Of a DNA stretch of 64,000 nucleotides, positions 22,910-33,954 are shown one piece after another. How positions within the stretch are numbered: the first letter of the stretch is position 1; every line of letters begins with the position of its first letter. The notes under the pieces are model-generated. The model was not told the DNA's origin. It worked only from the letters and a program-made list of their open reading frames with translations, and searched no databases. Source of the stretch: Perkinsela sp. CCAP 1560/9 (taxonomy: Eukaryota; Protista; Euglenozoa: Kinetoplastea); the NCBI GenBank assembly GCA_965644495.1, contig CBFFSA010000009.1, forward strand, positions 186,001-250,000, in the 5' to 3' direction. Both the position numbers and the translations under genes were made by a program.

Positions 22910-24230
22910 CTAAAACGCACGGCTAGGGGGGACCTTCGATGAGTACTCATGGTAAGTTGTAGACTTTCGATGTTTGGCTTGCTGCCTAGGGATCCGCGGT
23001 TTTACCTCAGGACGCGTCGGATCAGGGAGTGTCAGATCGACCGGAAGAGTCGGAGCAGTGGGAGTGCGACCGGGAGCCGTGGGAATAGCGTCCTGCAAGT
23101 AACGCCCTGTGCGTTCGTTTATGAGGGGTGTATCGATGAGCTCGTTGACATGGCGCGCTGCCTCGGGAAAACCGGCAGCGTCTTCTGCGTCCCACCTATC
23201 GCAAAATGCTGCGAATGCAACGGAAGACACATACGCCGCGGCAGCGTGGGTGAACGAGGATCGCAGACTGAAACCGCCGTGCCTTTTGTTACGCCGAGCC
23301 TGGGAGCGTGCCGAGGAGTTAAGCGAGCCGATGACCCCCTCTAATGCTTGTAGTCCTGCATCATCGAGGTTTTTGCAAAGGTTCGATATTACCTGAGGGG
23401 GCGTCGTGCGCATAGAAAAAACTAGTTGGCAAAAACCTGAGCATTGCCGAATCAGTGTCACCGCCACTTGGGGGTCTTCGACTTTCTTTATTGCCTGAAG
23501 TGTGGCTTGTGCGGGGAGTAAAGCTTTTGTGTAGAGAAAGTTTGTGCAATGATCGGTCGATCCAACAGGGCTTCCCAAGATATCGAATTCGCCGTCTAGG
23601 TTTATCCTGTTCCCGGGGATGTCCTGGAACAGAGTAGCGTTATGTGCCGAGGCGGGGTGAAGAGCTACGTTGTTGAACGCGTTAGCTAGATCGACTTTGC
23701 AAAAAACAAATTCCGGATCGTCTATGTGAGCAGAGACCGTTTGTCGACAACGATGTATCATCCGTTCCGCTCCAGCGGGGACAGCAACACCATATTGCGT
23801 CCCGTGAGAGATGGCTTGTGCTTGTGATTTTAGCGCTGCGCAAGCCCCTTTGCAGGCTAAGCGACGGAGGGTTTCCTCGACGGCGATTGGGCGGACGTCA
23901 TGCTCTCCTTTCTGTAGGGCGCAGAGGCGGGCGCCGGCGAAGTAATTTTGAGATTCGAGGGGGGCCTTCCCTGCCAGGAGGTGATTGACTTATTTAGTGA
24001 GAGAAGTGAGTGGGTTGATGGACGAGTCGACGTTCGCGTAAAAAGCTTCCAGTATCTGCTCCGGGCGTAACCCCATCATACCCCCCAATGAGCCTCGATG
24101 GAAACTTTTCATTGCGGCTCCTATTTCATGCTCCGTGAGCTGCAATGGTGGGCGAGGTGTTGGAGGTCGTTCAATGCCGGGGTACATTGACAAATATTCA
24201 GGACGGGGGAGGCGACATGGGTGTTTTTGT
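22910..24230 (-). mobile_element. CRE-clade retrotransposon RT region, internally deleted
   Basis: GLRPEQ, RPIAVEETLRRL, QYGV..AGAE, KVDLANAFN, LGSPVGS; QGDP and YLDD core missing. Confidence 0.85.
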
Positions 24231-25404
24231 TTTATCCCCTGTGGCCCAGTTAGCGATTCGTTACTTGGATACTCTTGTTATCAATCCTGTTTTTTTTTGT
24301 AATTTTTGTGATAGTTTGCTTTATCGTTTTGATCGATTGTTTTTCGTATATTTGTAATTACTCCTTATGTATCTTTGTTATCGGTCGTTTGTGATTTTTG
24401 TTTTTGATTCATTTTCCTTCAAGCTTTAATTATTTGCCAATATTTATCTGGAGTATTTGAGATCCATGCTTCAATATTTTTGGGGTCCATGTGTCTTGTG
24501 ACCTTGGCCAGGCGATTGTATTTATTTGGGATCCGTTTGTTAAGACGTTGTATCGCACAATGGAGTCATTCGGATACATTCTTCAAGATCTTTGTGATCG
24601 GATGTTGTTACCTTATCAATTGTTTAAGATATTTCGAACTTGTTTTAGTTCTTCGGAATCCATTTTTTGGGACCATTGTGATCTTTTTTATTATTATGTT
24701 TTACTATTATGTTTCTGGTGACCTTTGTGGTCAGTTGTTCAATCTTTGAGTTGCTTAAGATCAGTTTTTTAAGTTGAGTTGCTTAAGTTGGTTGTACCTC
24801 ATAGTTTGGATTCTTTCTTGGGGGGGGTCTTTTTGGTCAGCTGTTTAAGACTTAAACAACTTAAATACCTTAAACTTTAAGGCATTTGTGCTTTAAGGTT
24901 TAAGACTTTATTGTTGGGCTACTTTGAACTTCTTTCTTGCTTTTTTTGGGGGGGTCTTTGCGACCCATTCTTAAAGAATGGTCCCTCTTTGTGTTCTTTT
25001 TGATGAGCTGTTTTCTATCTTTGGGATCAGTTCACGATCCTAGTGACTTATGTTCGTTTCTTTTGAATCCCTTTCTCAGGATCCTTTGAAATTTTTTTTG
25101 CGATCATTGTGATCAGTTGCCTGCAATTGTTGTGAGTGTGTTTATACACAGTTTAGGATAATGTTTAGGATTAGTCTATTGGGTGGTCTATTGGACTGGC
25201 TGCTGAGATCTTTGTACCCCGATGTTGGGTATCTCCTTAACCTATTCATTAAAATCTTTGCCAAATCCAGTATTTGCATCTTTCTTTATCCAGTATTCGG
25301 ATTCATATCTTTGTGATTTTTGTGAGCAGTTGCTTGTATTGTGTGAAGTTTTTAAAATATGAAAATTGTAATTTCGAAAATAAATTTTTATGTTAGAATA
25401 TTCT

Positions 25405-25581
25405 GATAACACTCGAACATGGACTATGCATTCATTGCAGCATGGGAAGGTCACTGAGCTTCGAGTCCGTGGCGTTCCTATTTCAGAGAGGCAATTAATG
25501 GGACGATGGCGCTCTCACTCGTCAGAACAATCCAATGTCACAGCGTACCAGCGCCAACCAAGGGAGTCCAACTCTCCGTAA
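25405..25581 (+). pseudogene. Tyrosine recombinase C-terminal fragment (DIRS/VIPER/TATE/Crypton-like)
   Basis: HSLQHG..TEL...G......MGRWRS.......Y. Confidence 0.7.
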
Positions 25582-26200
25582 CTAACCAGCATGTGACATC
25601 CAATGTCACATCCTACCAGCGGGAACCAAGGGGGTCCAACTGTTCAATTAACCAGTGGCAACATGAGAGTGTTGCGGTACTTCACCATGTCTAACTGCCC
25701 TGCAGCATGCCAAGTCCAGCCCTATACGGTTCGAATGTCATCGGGAAGACCGAGACATCCAATTCAAGGTGTACAACTCGATCGAATGATCGCTTCCCCC
25801 TCCTACCCCGGCCTTTGAGAGACCTGCCCCAGGCTTGGGACTGGAAACTGCGGAGTTAAGAAGCCATAGGAGTTAAGAAATCAAAAGTAAACAACTCTTT
25901 TTTTTAAGACAAATTATACTAAATCACAGTTCTCAGACATTGCGTTTAGTCTGTCATACACATTTTAGATGTGTTCTCTGTTATGCACATTACAAAGGGG
26001 TTGAGCGACAGCAATTAATCAAGGGGGTATGTCACGTCGTACACTTTTTTGAGATAAAAAAGTTTATAAAAGTTTCCAAAACAATAGAATTTATTGAATA
26101 ATTGAAGATCCCCCTAATCCCCCCATTTTCTCTCCATCTTTCTCTTTATTCTCTTTGAATTCTCTTTATTCTCTTTAAATTCTTTATCATTCTATTTGAT

Positions 26201-27100
26201 TCAATGATTCTCGAGCCTTATCTGTGTGTTATATACGCACAAACCGTACTCTTGCACATGCTCAGGAAAGGGCGATCTTGTTATATTGCTACGCAAGTTC
26301 ACATTATCTGATAAATTGAAAGTCAGCAATGAAGATGGAAGCTCCGCCAAGTTGACATCACCAGAAAACATATTGCGCGACAAATCAAGGTGCCAAATCC
26401 CCGAAGGAAGTTGTCGGAGATCGAGTTCGCCGGACAACTGATTTCCAGAGAGATATACTTGACATATGTTAGGCGGAAGCAAAGTCAAATCAAGTGGCCC
26501 GGTAAGACGATTTTCGCTAAGGTTCACATTTCGCATATTGACCGGCAGACTCGTCAAACACACAGTTCCATTGAATCTGTTGTCATTCAAAGTCAAATCT
26601 TCGAAACAGAGCGGAAGAAAAATCAGGTCCAACTCGCCTGCAAACCGATTTTCGTACAGAGTTAGTGATCGCAGTTCCGAAGGCAAGCGCGTGAGCGGTG
26701 CTGTCCCTTCTAGAGCGTTCTGACACACATCAAAATCGTACAAACTATGTGGGAGATAAATCAAGTTCATAGTACCTGACAAATCTCGTTGGGTCCATCT
26801 CACGTGGCTGACTTCTTCCCGCTCGTTACAACTCACACCTTCCCACTCGCATGCTGGCGTGTGAAGACTCCACGATTCGTCCAAGTTGTGGACTTCCGCG
26901 AGGAGACGAACGAGTAGATACTCCTGAGGTAAATTCGCAGCGCTCACTTTGGCAATACGCGATCTCGTATTTGTAATTTGTTCATCGGAATGGATGTTCG
27001 AAGATACTGAAGTTTCGACTTTACGACGTTTAGTCGATGGCTCCTGAATATCCGAACATATTATGAACCGCACGATCATTTGTAGCGTTAAGTGTAGCAT
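26201..27100 (-). CDS. Leucine-rich repeat protein, subfamily A
   Basis: EPSTKRRKV, CEWEGVSC cap, 7 LRRs. Confidence 0.93.
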   Translation of the reverse strand: MLHLTLQMIVRFIICSDIQEPSTKRRKVETSVSSNIHSDEQITNTRSRIAKVSAANLPQEYLLVRLLAEVHNLDESWSLHTPACEWEGVSCNEREEVSHVRWTQRDLSGTMNLIYLPHSLYDFDVCQNALEGTAPLTRLPSELRSLTLYENRFAGELDLIFLPLCFEDLTLNDNRFNGTVCLTSLPVNMRNVNLSENRLTGPLDLTLLPPNICQVYLSGNQLSGELDLRQLPSGIWHLDLSRNMFSGDVNLAELPSSLLTFNLSDNVNLRSNITRSPFPEHVQEYGLCVYNTQIRLENH

Positions 27101-27159
27101 GTAAAGTTAGAATGTAAATTATTGTTTTTTAAAAAATAAAAAATAATTCTATGAATGTA

Positions 27160-28400
27160 CTGTACCCCCCCGTAGTTATCAGTCACTACGTTTCGTGGAA
27201 AAGAGACATATAACTAGATAGGGGTGTGACCTACATACATACATACCCCCTGTATAACTAGGGGGGGATCTGTCACATAAAAAAGTCAGAGCATGCAATT
27301 ACAGAAACGGCCCTATTTAATAGGGCTACGTGTGCCCGCCCCCCCTTTGATAGGGCTATTTTGTCTAAAAGGCCAAAGATTTGTTTAGGGGGGGGGGGCA
27401 TTTTTTTATGAAATCCGCCGATGAAAGAAGCAGCGGCTGTTTTCCGGTGCATAGCTATCCGAGTGTAAAATAGTGTATAAAAAAGCTGCAAGACCTTGTT
27501 TAGGAACTATAGAAAACTTCTCCTGAAAATTATTGTCCTATGAATTTTCGGGAGGATCTGGTGCCGCGTGGACCGTTAAGCAACTGGATCATTTCGCGAA
27601 CTCCAGTGGCTCGTGTATCACATGTGGTCGGACCTTTTGTTTCCGGACAAGAACCTGGTATCTCTCTTCCCCAAAATTCTCTTTCAGCACGTCCCTCTCT
27701 CCCTCCCTTTGTTCCTCCATCAATATACCGCAGAAAACACTTGTCGGTGCAAGACAAGTTGTGCGTGTGTCGTTCTTCGTCTTCCGTATCAAAACTTGCG
27801 AAGTCATAATATTGCCGAGGAGACCATACGGAAAATAAAGCGAGTCGGAGAAAAAGATTATCAATCAAGAATGAATCGTGGAGGTCGCGACCGGAAGCTT
27901 GAGCGAGCCTTCAATAGCTCGCGACAAGATTTTATGGCAAAGGTTCATGAAACCCTTCTCGGTCTGTTGAATGATCATATCCCTATCGCTCGAGATAGGG
28001 TGCTCCAGTTGATGAGTCATCATGGGGCATTTCGGGAAGGACTGGGTGAAAAAGCAAAAGAAAGAGCGTATAAGCACTATCGTTACGTGTTTTGATGGAC
28101 TCAAGCTATCACACCATCAGATATTGGTCAACGTATAAGACGACAGTCGCATCATTTGTACTCGCAGCACGATGTTCGTCAGTACAGCTCTGTTATTTTC
28201 GGAGATAAAAGTTTTGTCATGAGACTAGCGTTAGCGTCGACGGCGAACTGAAGGGGAAAACGTTAGCGCCAGTGGGCGTGATTTGAGTCAAAGTCGTTCG
28301 TACGAACGAAAAGCAAACAGTGACTATTTTTCTTGCCGGCTTATTTTCCGTCAAGGAAAAGGGGGTGTATCCTCGTTGAATCCAGCAGAACTTTAATTCC
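27160..28400 (+). mobile_element. pogo-like DNA transposon, degenerate transposase
   Basis: TA-CTGTACCCC terminus; RKHLSVQDKL...IAEETIRKIK HTH; VIFGDKSFV and LAPVG...EKQTVTIFLA motifs; stops and frameshifts. Confidence 0.65.
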
Positions 28401-28850
28401 TGAAGATTGATTCCTGAAAATTTGAGTTACTGAATTTAATGCACTTTAAAGATTCTTTTTTAGGTATTTTTCAGGGGTCTGAAAATCTACAAAATCTATA
28501 ATTATAGTACTATATAGTATTATAATTTTTCAATTACTATGTATAAAAATATAATTTTTTTTGATTGATTTTCGTCGGGTTTGGACACGTTTCTCCTTCA
28601 AAAGAGAGTCCTTGTAACTTCTTTTTTCTCCCGTGGCGGAAGAAGCACAAGCAAAAAACTGAAAACTAAGTTTTCTGCCGCGAAACATAAAAAACTTGAT
28701 TAAGCCTGTCATAAATTGACTTTGTACATGGTGTCTTTGGTGCTAAAAGAGAGCATCAAAACGTTTTTGATCACTTTTTTCTGTTATAGATTTTTATAGA
28801 TTTATAGTACTATGATGCTGCGGTTTACCCGTAGTGAACCGTAGCCCGTA

Positions 28851-29969
28851 CGGGGGGCGGCACGAAAACTGACAAGGTCCGCATTTTGGCGTCCTGAGGC
28901 CTTTTAAGCTGATTTTTATTGCAAACGAGAGATCTCGTTCTGAGTATCGTGTCTACGCTATTTGGAGCCCGTTTCTGGTAATAAAAGTTAGAGTTTGAAA
29001 AGGATGGGATACGTCATTAAGACGATGTCACACAAGCCTTTTTTTAACAGGTGAGCACAAGGCTGCTAGACTACAACTTGCTGATTACTTTGAGGGATTC
29101 AGCCCATATCAGATGTCTCGTATTGTGTGGTGCGACGAAAAAATCTTTCGATGCGGATCACCCGGTAAAAAAATTACGTACCTTGCAAAAATGACTGACC
29201 CCCCCAAGGAAACACCAGTACGAATAGATAGGTGGTATGGGGGGAAAGGAGTTCATGTATTCATGGCCACCAGTCTCCGTTGGGAAGTGCCTGATGCGTG
29301 TTTCCATGAGTTCGCACAAAATGAAACTGTTACAAATGAGGTCTTTTTGAATGCAATGAAAAAACGAAATGGGTTTTTCAACTGGATGCATCGCCGCCCC
29401 GGGGCTACAGTTGTCCTTGACAACGCGCCAGGGCATGGGGAAGCCAGGAGAATAGGTAAGTTGGAAAACATCAAAATTATTGATTGGCCTTCGAAATCTC
29501 CTGATCTCAATTTGATTGAGAATTTGTGGAGCATGATGGATAAATACATCCACAGCCATCTTCGTCCACATAATCGAAAAGAATTACAAGCTGCTATTCC
29601 AAAGGCCAAGGAATATTTGTTGAACGAATGTCACGAGGCGTATGTGAACACGCTAAAGAGTCTTCCCACGCGCCTCGCTATACTACGTGAGCGTGAAGGT
29701 GGGAATACTGGCTATTAAGACCTACTTTCTGGGTACTTTTTGGGCCGTGGTACTAAAAATTACGAATTTTAGACCCGTTTTTCAATTTGCAAAATCTTTA
29801 AAATTTCACTTTTGTAACTCATTGGAAATGTTTTCCGGTGAACGTTTTTGTATTTTAAATAGCGTAGACACGATATTCAGAACGAGATCTCTCGTTTGCA
29901 ACAAAAATCAGCTCAAACTGCCTCAGGATGCTAAAATGCGGACCTTGTCAGTTTTCATGGCCCCCCATG
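28851..29969 (+). mobile_element. Tc1/mariner element with ~113-bp TIRs and TA TSD, DNA-binding region deleted
   Basis: 28851-28963 is the inverted repeat of 29857-29969; TA on both flanks. Confidence 0.92.
29113..29718 (+). CDS. Tc1-like transposase catalytic domain (DD32E), N-terminally truncated
   Basis: WCDEK, LDNAPGH, WPSKSPDLNLIENLW. Confidence 0.85.
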   Translation: MSRIVWCDEKIFRCGSPGKKITYLAKMTDPPKETPVRIDRWYGGKGVHVFMATSLRWEVPDACFHEFAQNETVTNEVFLNAMKKRNGFFNWMHRRPGATVVLDNAPGHGEARRIGKLENIKIIDWPSKSPDLNLIENLWSMMDKYIHSHLRPHNRKELQAAIPKAKEYLLNECHEAYVNTLKSLPTRLAILREREGGNTGY

Positions 29970-29993
29970 TATAGTACTACATAGTACTATAAT

Positions 29994-30114
29994 TTTTTTT
30001 AAATACTATAAATACATGTACTGTCACCCCCCCTTTATACTTCCGCCGGTTTCAGTACTTTTGGAAGTATAAAGGGGGGGGTGACAGTACATGTATTTAT
30101 AGTATTTAAAAAAA
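29994..30114. repeat. Near-perfect fold-back, ~51-bp arms
   Basis: AAATACTATAAATACATGTACTGTCAC(C)nTTTATACTTCC and its reverse complement. Confidence 0.9.
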
Positions 30115-30409
30115 ACCTGACTTTTGGTTGTATAAAGGGGGGGGCTGATTTTGTTTTTGAAAAAAGGACAAAAAAAATTGTACCGTGCGAGCTTTTGACC
30201 TAATTTCTTCGGCATTCAACATATCTCGAATTTTTAAGACTACTGGCACCATTGTTGCCTCCCCTGAAGCTGATGTGACGTCATAAGCTTATTTTACTGA
30301 ACCTTTTCCCCGAAAATTCTGCAAAAGATCAGACATTTATCATTTTTTATCATTTTAGCGCATCAAACTATGAATAAAATACCATTTAACTCTTTCTAAC
30401 CCATCATTT

Positions 30410-31009
30410 ATGCCGAAAACACTTCGCCGCCAGAGACGCACCCTCTCGACGCAACAAATCACTTATGAAACACGTATAATTTGCGTGCATGAGGTACAAA
30501 ACCAGGGACGTTCGATTACAGACACTGCTGCTTTTATGAAATGCAGTGAAGCTACTGTCTCTCGATGGGTTAAACGCCACCGGGAGACAGGAGGGTTAGA
30601 ACGTGTCGCCCTAAAAAAGTTTTCTGATATGATAGGGCAGCCTATGGCAGAGCACGTTGCTCAGACATTAGAGCTACTCTTCGAGTACGCTTCATCTCGA
30701 GATGCACCTCCGGGTTTCCTAGAAGCACTAAACCATCACAAGCATCGCCTGGAAAAGAACCATAATATGAAATTTTGGAAGGAGGTTATGTGGTTCAGAC
30801 CAAGTTGGATAGTGCAATGCGCTCGACCATCAAACACTCCCCCAATTTCTTGGGAACGCGCCAACAATCTCTTTCCCGGATCTCTGTACCGTCCAGAAAA
30901 TAGTAACGAGCCTCCAATTTTTTGCATTACCGAGGAGGAGTGGAAGGAATACATGTATGTAGCATATGAGGACTACAGATGGGATCCGCTCGCACGCCAA
31001 CGAATATGA
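30410..31009 (+). CDS. HTH protein (transposase-type N-terminal HTH plus unknown domain)
   Basis: GRSITDTAAFMKCSEATVSRWVKRHRETG resembles Tc1/IS630 HTH; intact 199-aa ORF; no DDE seen. Confidence 0.55.
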   Translation: MPKTLRRQRRTLSTQQITYETRIICVHEVQNQGRSITDTAAFMKCSEATVSRWVKRHRETGGLERVALKKFSDMIGQPMAEHVAQTLELLFEYASSRDAPPGFLEALNHHKHRLEKNHNMKFWKEVMWFRPSWIVQCARPSNTPPISWERANNLFPGSLYRPENSNEPPIFCITEEEWKEYMYVAYEDYRWDPLARQRI

Positions 31010-31671
31010 GTGGTGGTGTGAGTCGTCACTATTTCCCGAATGTTTTTACTGCTGCAAGACATTACTTATGGACGCCGCCGCTGGTCACCAAATGTGATCC
31101 ATGGTTATCGATATTGTCGTACATGTTCAATTCACGACAACCTTCAATTACACCTCATGTGATCGCTAATCAAATATTTATCCGTGGCAACAGCGAGAAA
31201 CTTGGCTACTTAACCGAGCATGTGAATGAAGTGGCGGGTGAGGATGAGACAGACGATGACGATGAAATATCGAATGGCGACCTCAGTGGGGAAGAGTAGT
31301 TCTACAGAAGTAGAACTTCTAAGTAGAACTTCTATAGAAGTAGTCCTGTATTGCATTCAGGAATCATTTTTGGGAATGTTTTGAAAAGATTCTTTTATGG
31401 CCGAATAATGTAAGTGAAATATTCAAAATTTTGTTTTCTCATTTTACGTGGTTTTTTTCCGTCTTTCCTTATCATTCGCTTTGTTTTTTCCCATTGCAAA
31501 AAATATTTGCATTTTGTATTCTGACATTCGATTTATATTATGTACGAAACAAATACGATGTATCTACGATATTTTTTATATTACGTACGTATATTTGATA
31601 GGTACGTACATTTGATACGTACGTATGTTTGATAGAAGCACAAGAGCTCATTGTGCACCTATAATATAAAG

Positions 31672-32450
31672 ATTGCGGTGGTTGTATAACTACCGCTCTA
31701 CCCTCGATTATTGAAAAAAAAGTGAACAAAAACAGTGAAAATACAAAGAGGAACACAGTAATATAATAAAGGAAAAAAATATAAAATGGGGCTCCGGTGG
31801 TCCAAAACTGAACAAAAAAATTAAAAAAATGGGGGGTCTAGGGGGGGGTCTAGGGGGGGGGGTCTAGGGGGGGGGGCATACCGCACGGAATTTTTTTTGA
31901 AAAAATTATTTTTCGAAAAAAACCGCAGAAGGGGTAGCCGGGGTCTTGGCGCGCATTTTCCACCCCCCTACCCGGGGGTGACCCCCCTCGTATGCGCAGG
32001 ACGGGTCTGCCAAGTTCGTATTTTTTCGGAAAAAAAATTTTGAAAAAAAATTCAACTTGGCGAAAAAAATGGTAAAAAAATTATTTTTTCAAAATTGTTT
32101 CCCCTATTGTATTTTAATAGTTTGGGACCTATACTATCTTTCAACGACGTTGTTTTCGCAAGGTACGCCTTTTTGAAGCCGTGGTACGCCTCACAAAATG
32201 ACCCATTTTTGGCCAGAAAACGCGAAAAAGTAATTTTCGGACTCAGAGAGGTCTTTCTGTGACGGAAGAATGGTGTGATTGGAGTCGGATTCTCTACCCA
32301 TTACGTTCTGCAGCCTTGAATTCTTGCCTACGAGTGATTTCCCACACGTAAATGTCGGATTTAGCGCTCTCCGAGCAAAACTACGCAAAAATGCCCCCAT
32401 TTTTACCTAAAAATCGCCAATTTTTGACTCAAATCCTTCCGGCCTCTTCG
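31672..32450 (-). mobile_element. HINE-like element
   Basis: Hairpin terminus at 31672-31703; reverse homolog of 13576-14267. Confidence 0.6.
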
Positions 32451-32475
32451 GCTTTCGTAACCAATTTTTCTTTTT

Positions 32476-32570
32476 TAGGCTCTTCGTTAAACGCGGAGGT
32501 AGTTTTCAACGCGAAGCGCGCAGCATGAGTGACTTCTAAGTTGAAAACAACCACCGCGTTTAACGAAGAT
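32476..32570 (+). repeat. 30-bp inverted repeat around a GCGAAGC hairpin (HINE-like 5' end)
   Basis: 32481-32510 pairs with 32540-32569. Confidence 0.7.
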
Positions 32571-33760
32571 TTTTATAAGTAATCGCTGCGTATATACACT
32601 GGCGAGAAAAGTAGGAAAACTACTCAAACGATAAACATAATTGGCAGTATATGTAGAATTCTACACGTTCTAAATTGGGATTTAGCCTGAAAATTATGTT
32701 TCTAAATTAAAGTACACTACAGTTACCTCACTTTCACGACTCTACTTTTCCCTATGCAGTCAAAGACACAACCTTCCCCGGAAAGACAAATCTCCCCTGA
32801 GGCATCTTCCCTTACGGAGGGTCCGTTACGCTCTTTCTATGAAGGCAGCTTCCCCCGAAACTTTTTGACACCCTGAACCTGGGAAGCAAGGTCGGGACCT
32901 CCTCGCGGTCTTCCCTGGCACTACCATCTCACTAATGGTACAGACGCCGAGCAGCTAGTTCTACGAAACCCTTTGACACCCTCAACATGGGGAAGCAAGG
33001 TCGGTACCTACTCACGGTCATCCCTGACAGACACTGCCACCTCACTCATGGTACTCTGTGTATCCCAGCGGGTAAGTGTGGGTGAGTGCGGGTAAGTGGG
33101 TACACTTACCCGGGTAATTACCCGCACTTACCCGCTAGGTGGGTAATTACCCGACTTACCCTTTTGGCTATGATTAAAGTGCTATATGGATATTAAAGTG
33201 CAAAAGTTTCTATTTGGATATTAAAGTGCAAGCATCTTAATATCCAAATAGGCTGAACCAGGATCCAGTGCAGACGCTAAATTGCGAGTTGCCTACGCAA
33301 AGGAGGCTTGAGACATAGCCTGCACGATGGAACGGGTTTGAAAGCCCGTCCTGGTAGCTACGGTCGGGTAGACGTGCTCGGGGCGCAAGGCGTCGAGTGC
33401 CGCCTGGTAAGGGGATAGCAAGACAATGAGGGTCTTTCACGTTGTCTTTTAACTTTATGTTTCAACTTTTCCTTTCAACAACTTTTCACTTGCTTCTTGG
33501 ATCTTAAACGTCAATTTCATCTTTCCACTTGATCACTACTTGAAATTACAGTTCTTCAATGGCTTGCGTGTTGCTTTCTTGACGCGTTGATGTCGACTGC
33601 ATCGTAAAAAAGGAATCTAGAGGCCCGGTTCTATTTCCCGACTTTGCGCCGCGTTGAAACTGCTTCCGAATGGCCCTTCAAGCATTCGGGTGCGACAGTT
33701 TCCATGATGTGACTCAGAACTTATTTGACTGAAAACCTTGTTTTGGACAAGTGAAAAAAC

Positions 33761-33891
33761 CTATTTGGATATTAAAGTGCTATTTGGATATTAAAGTGTC
33801 TATTTGGATATTAAAGTGCCTATTTGGATATTAAAGTGTTTATTTGGATATTAAAGCGCATTTGGATATTAAAGCGCATTTAGATATTAAA
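33761..33891. repeat. Tandem TATTTGGATATTAAAG(T/C)G repeat, 18-20 bp, about 7 copies
   Basis: Visible; further copies at 33185-33251 including one inverted. Confidence 0.9.
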
Positions 33892-33954
33892 CTGCGCCCC
33901 GGGTTAGTGAGTTTACCCGTAGTGAACCGCAGTGATTCACTACGAGTAAACTCC

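Noticed and set aside
33068-33160. GGGTAA/TTACCC repeats as telomeric sequence
   Set aside because: Mixed orientation and irregular spacing, more like transposon subterminal motifs
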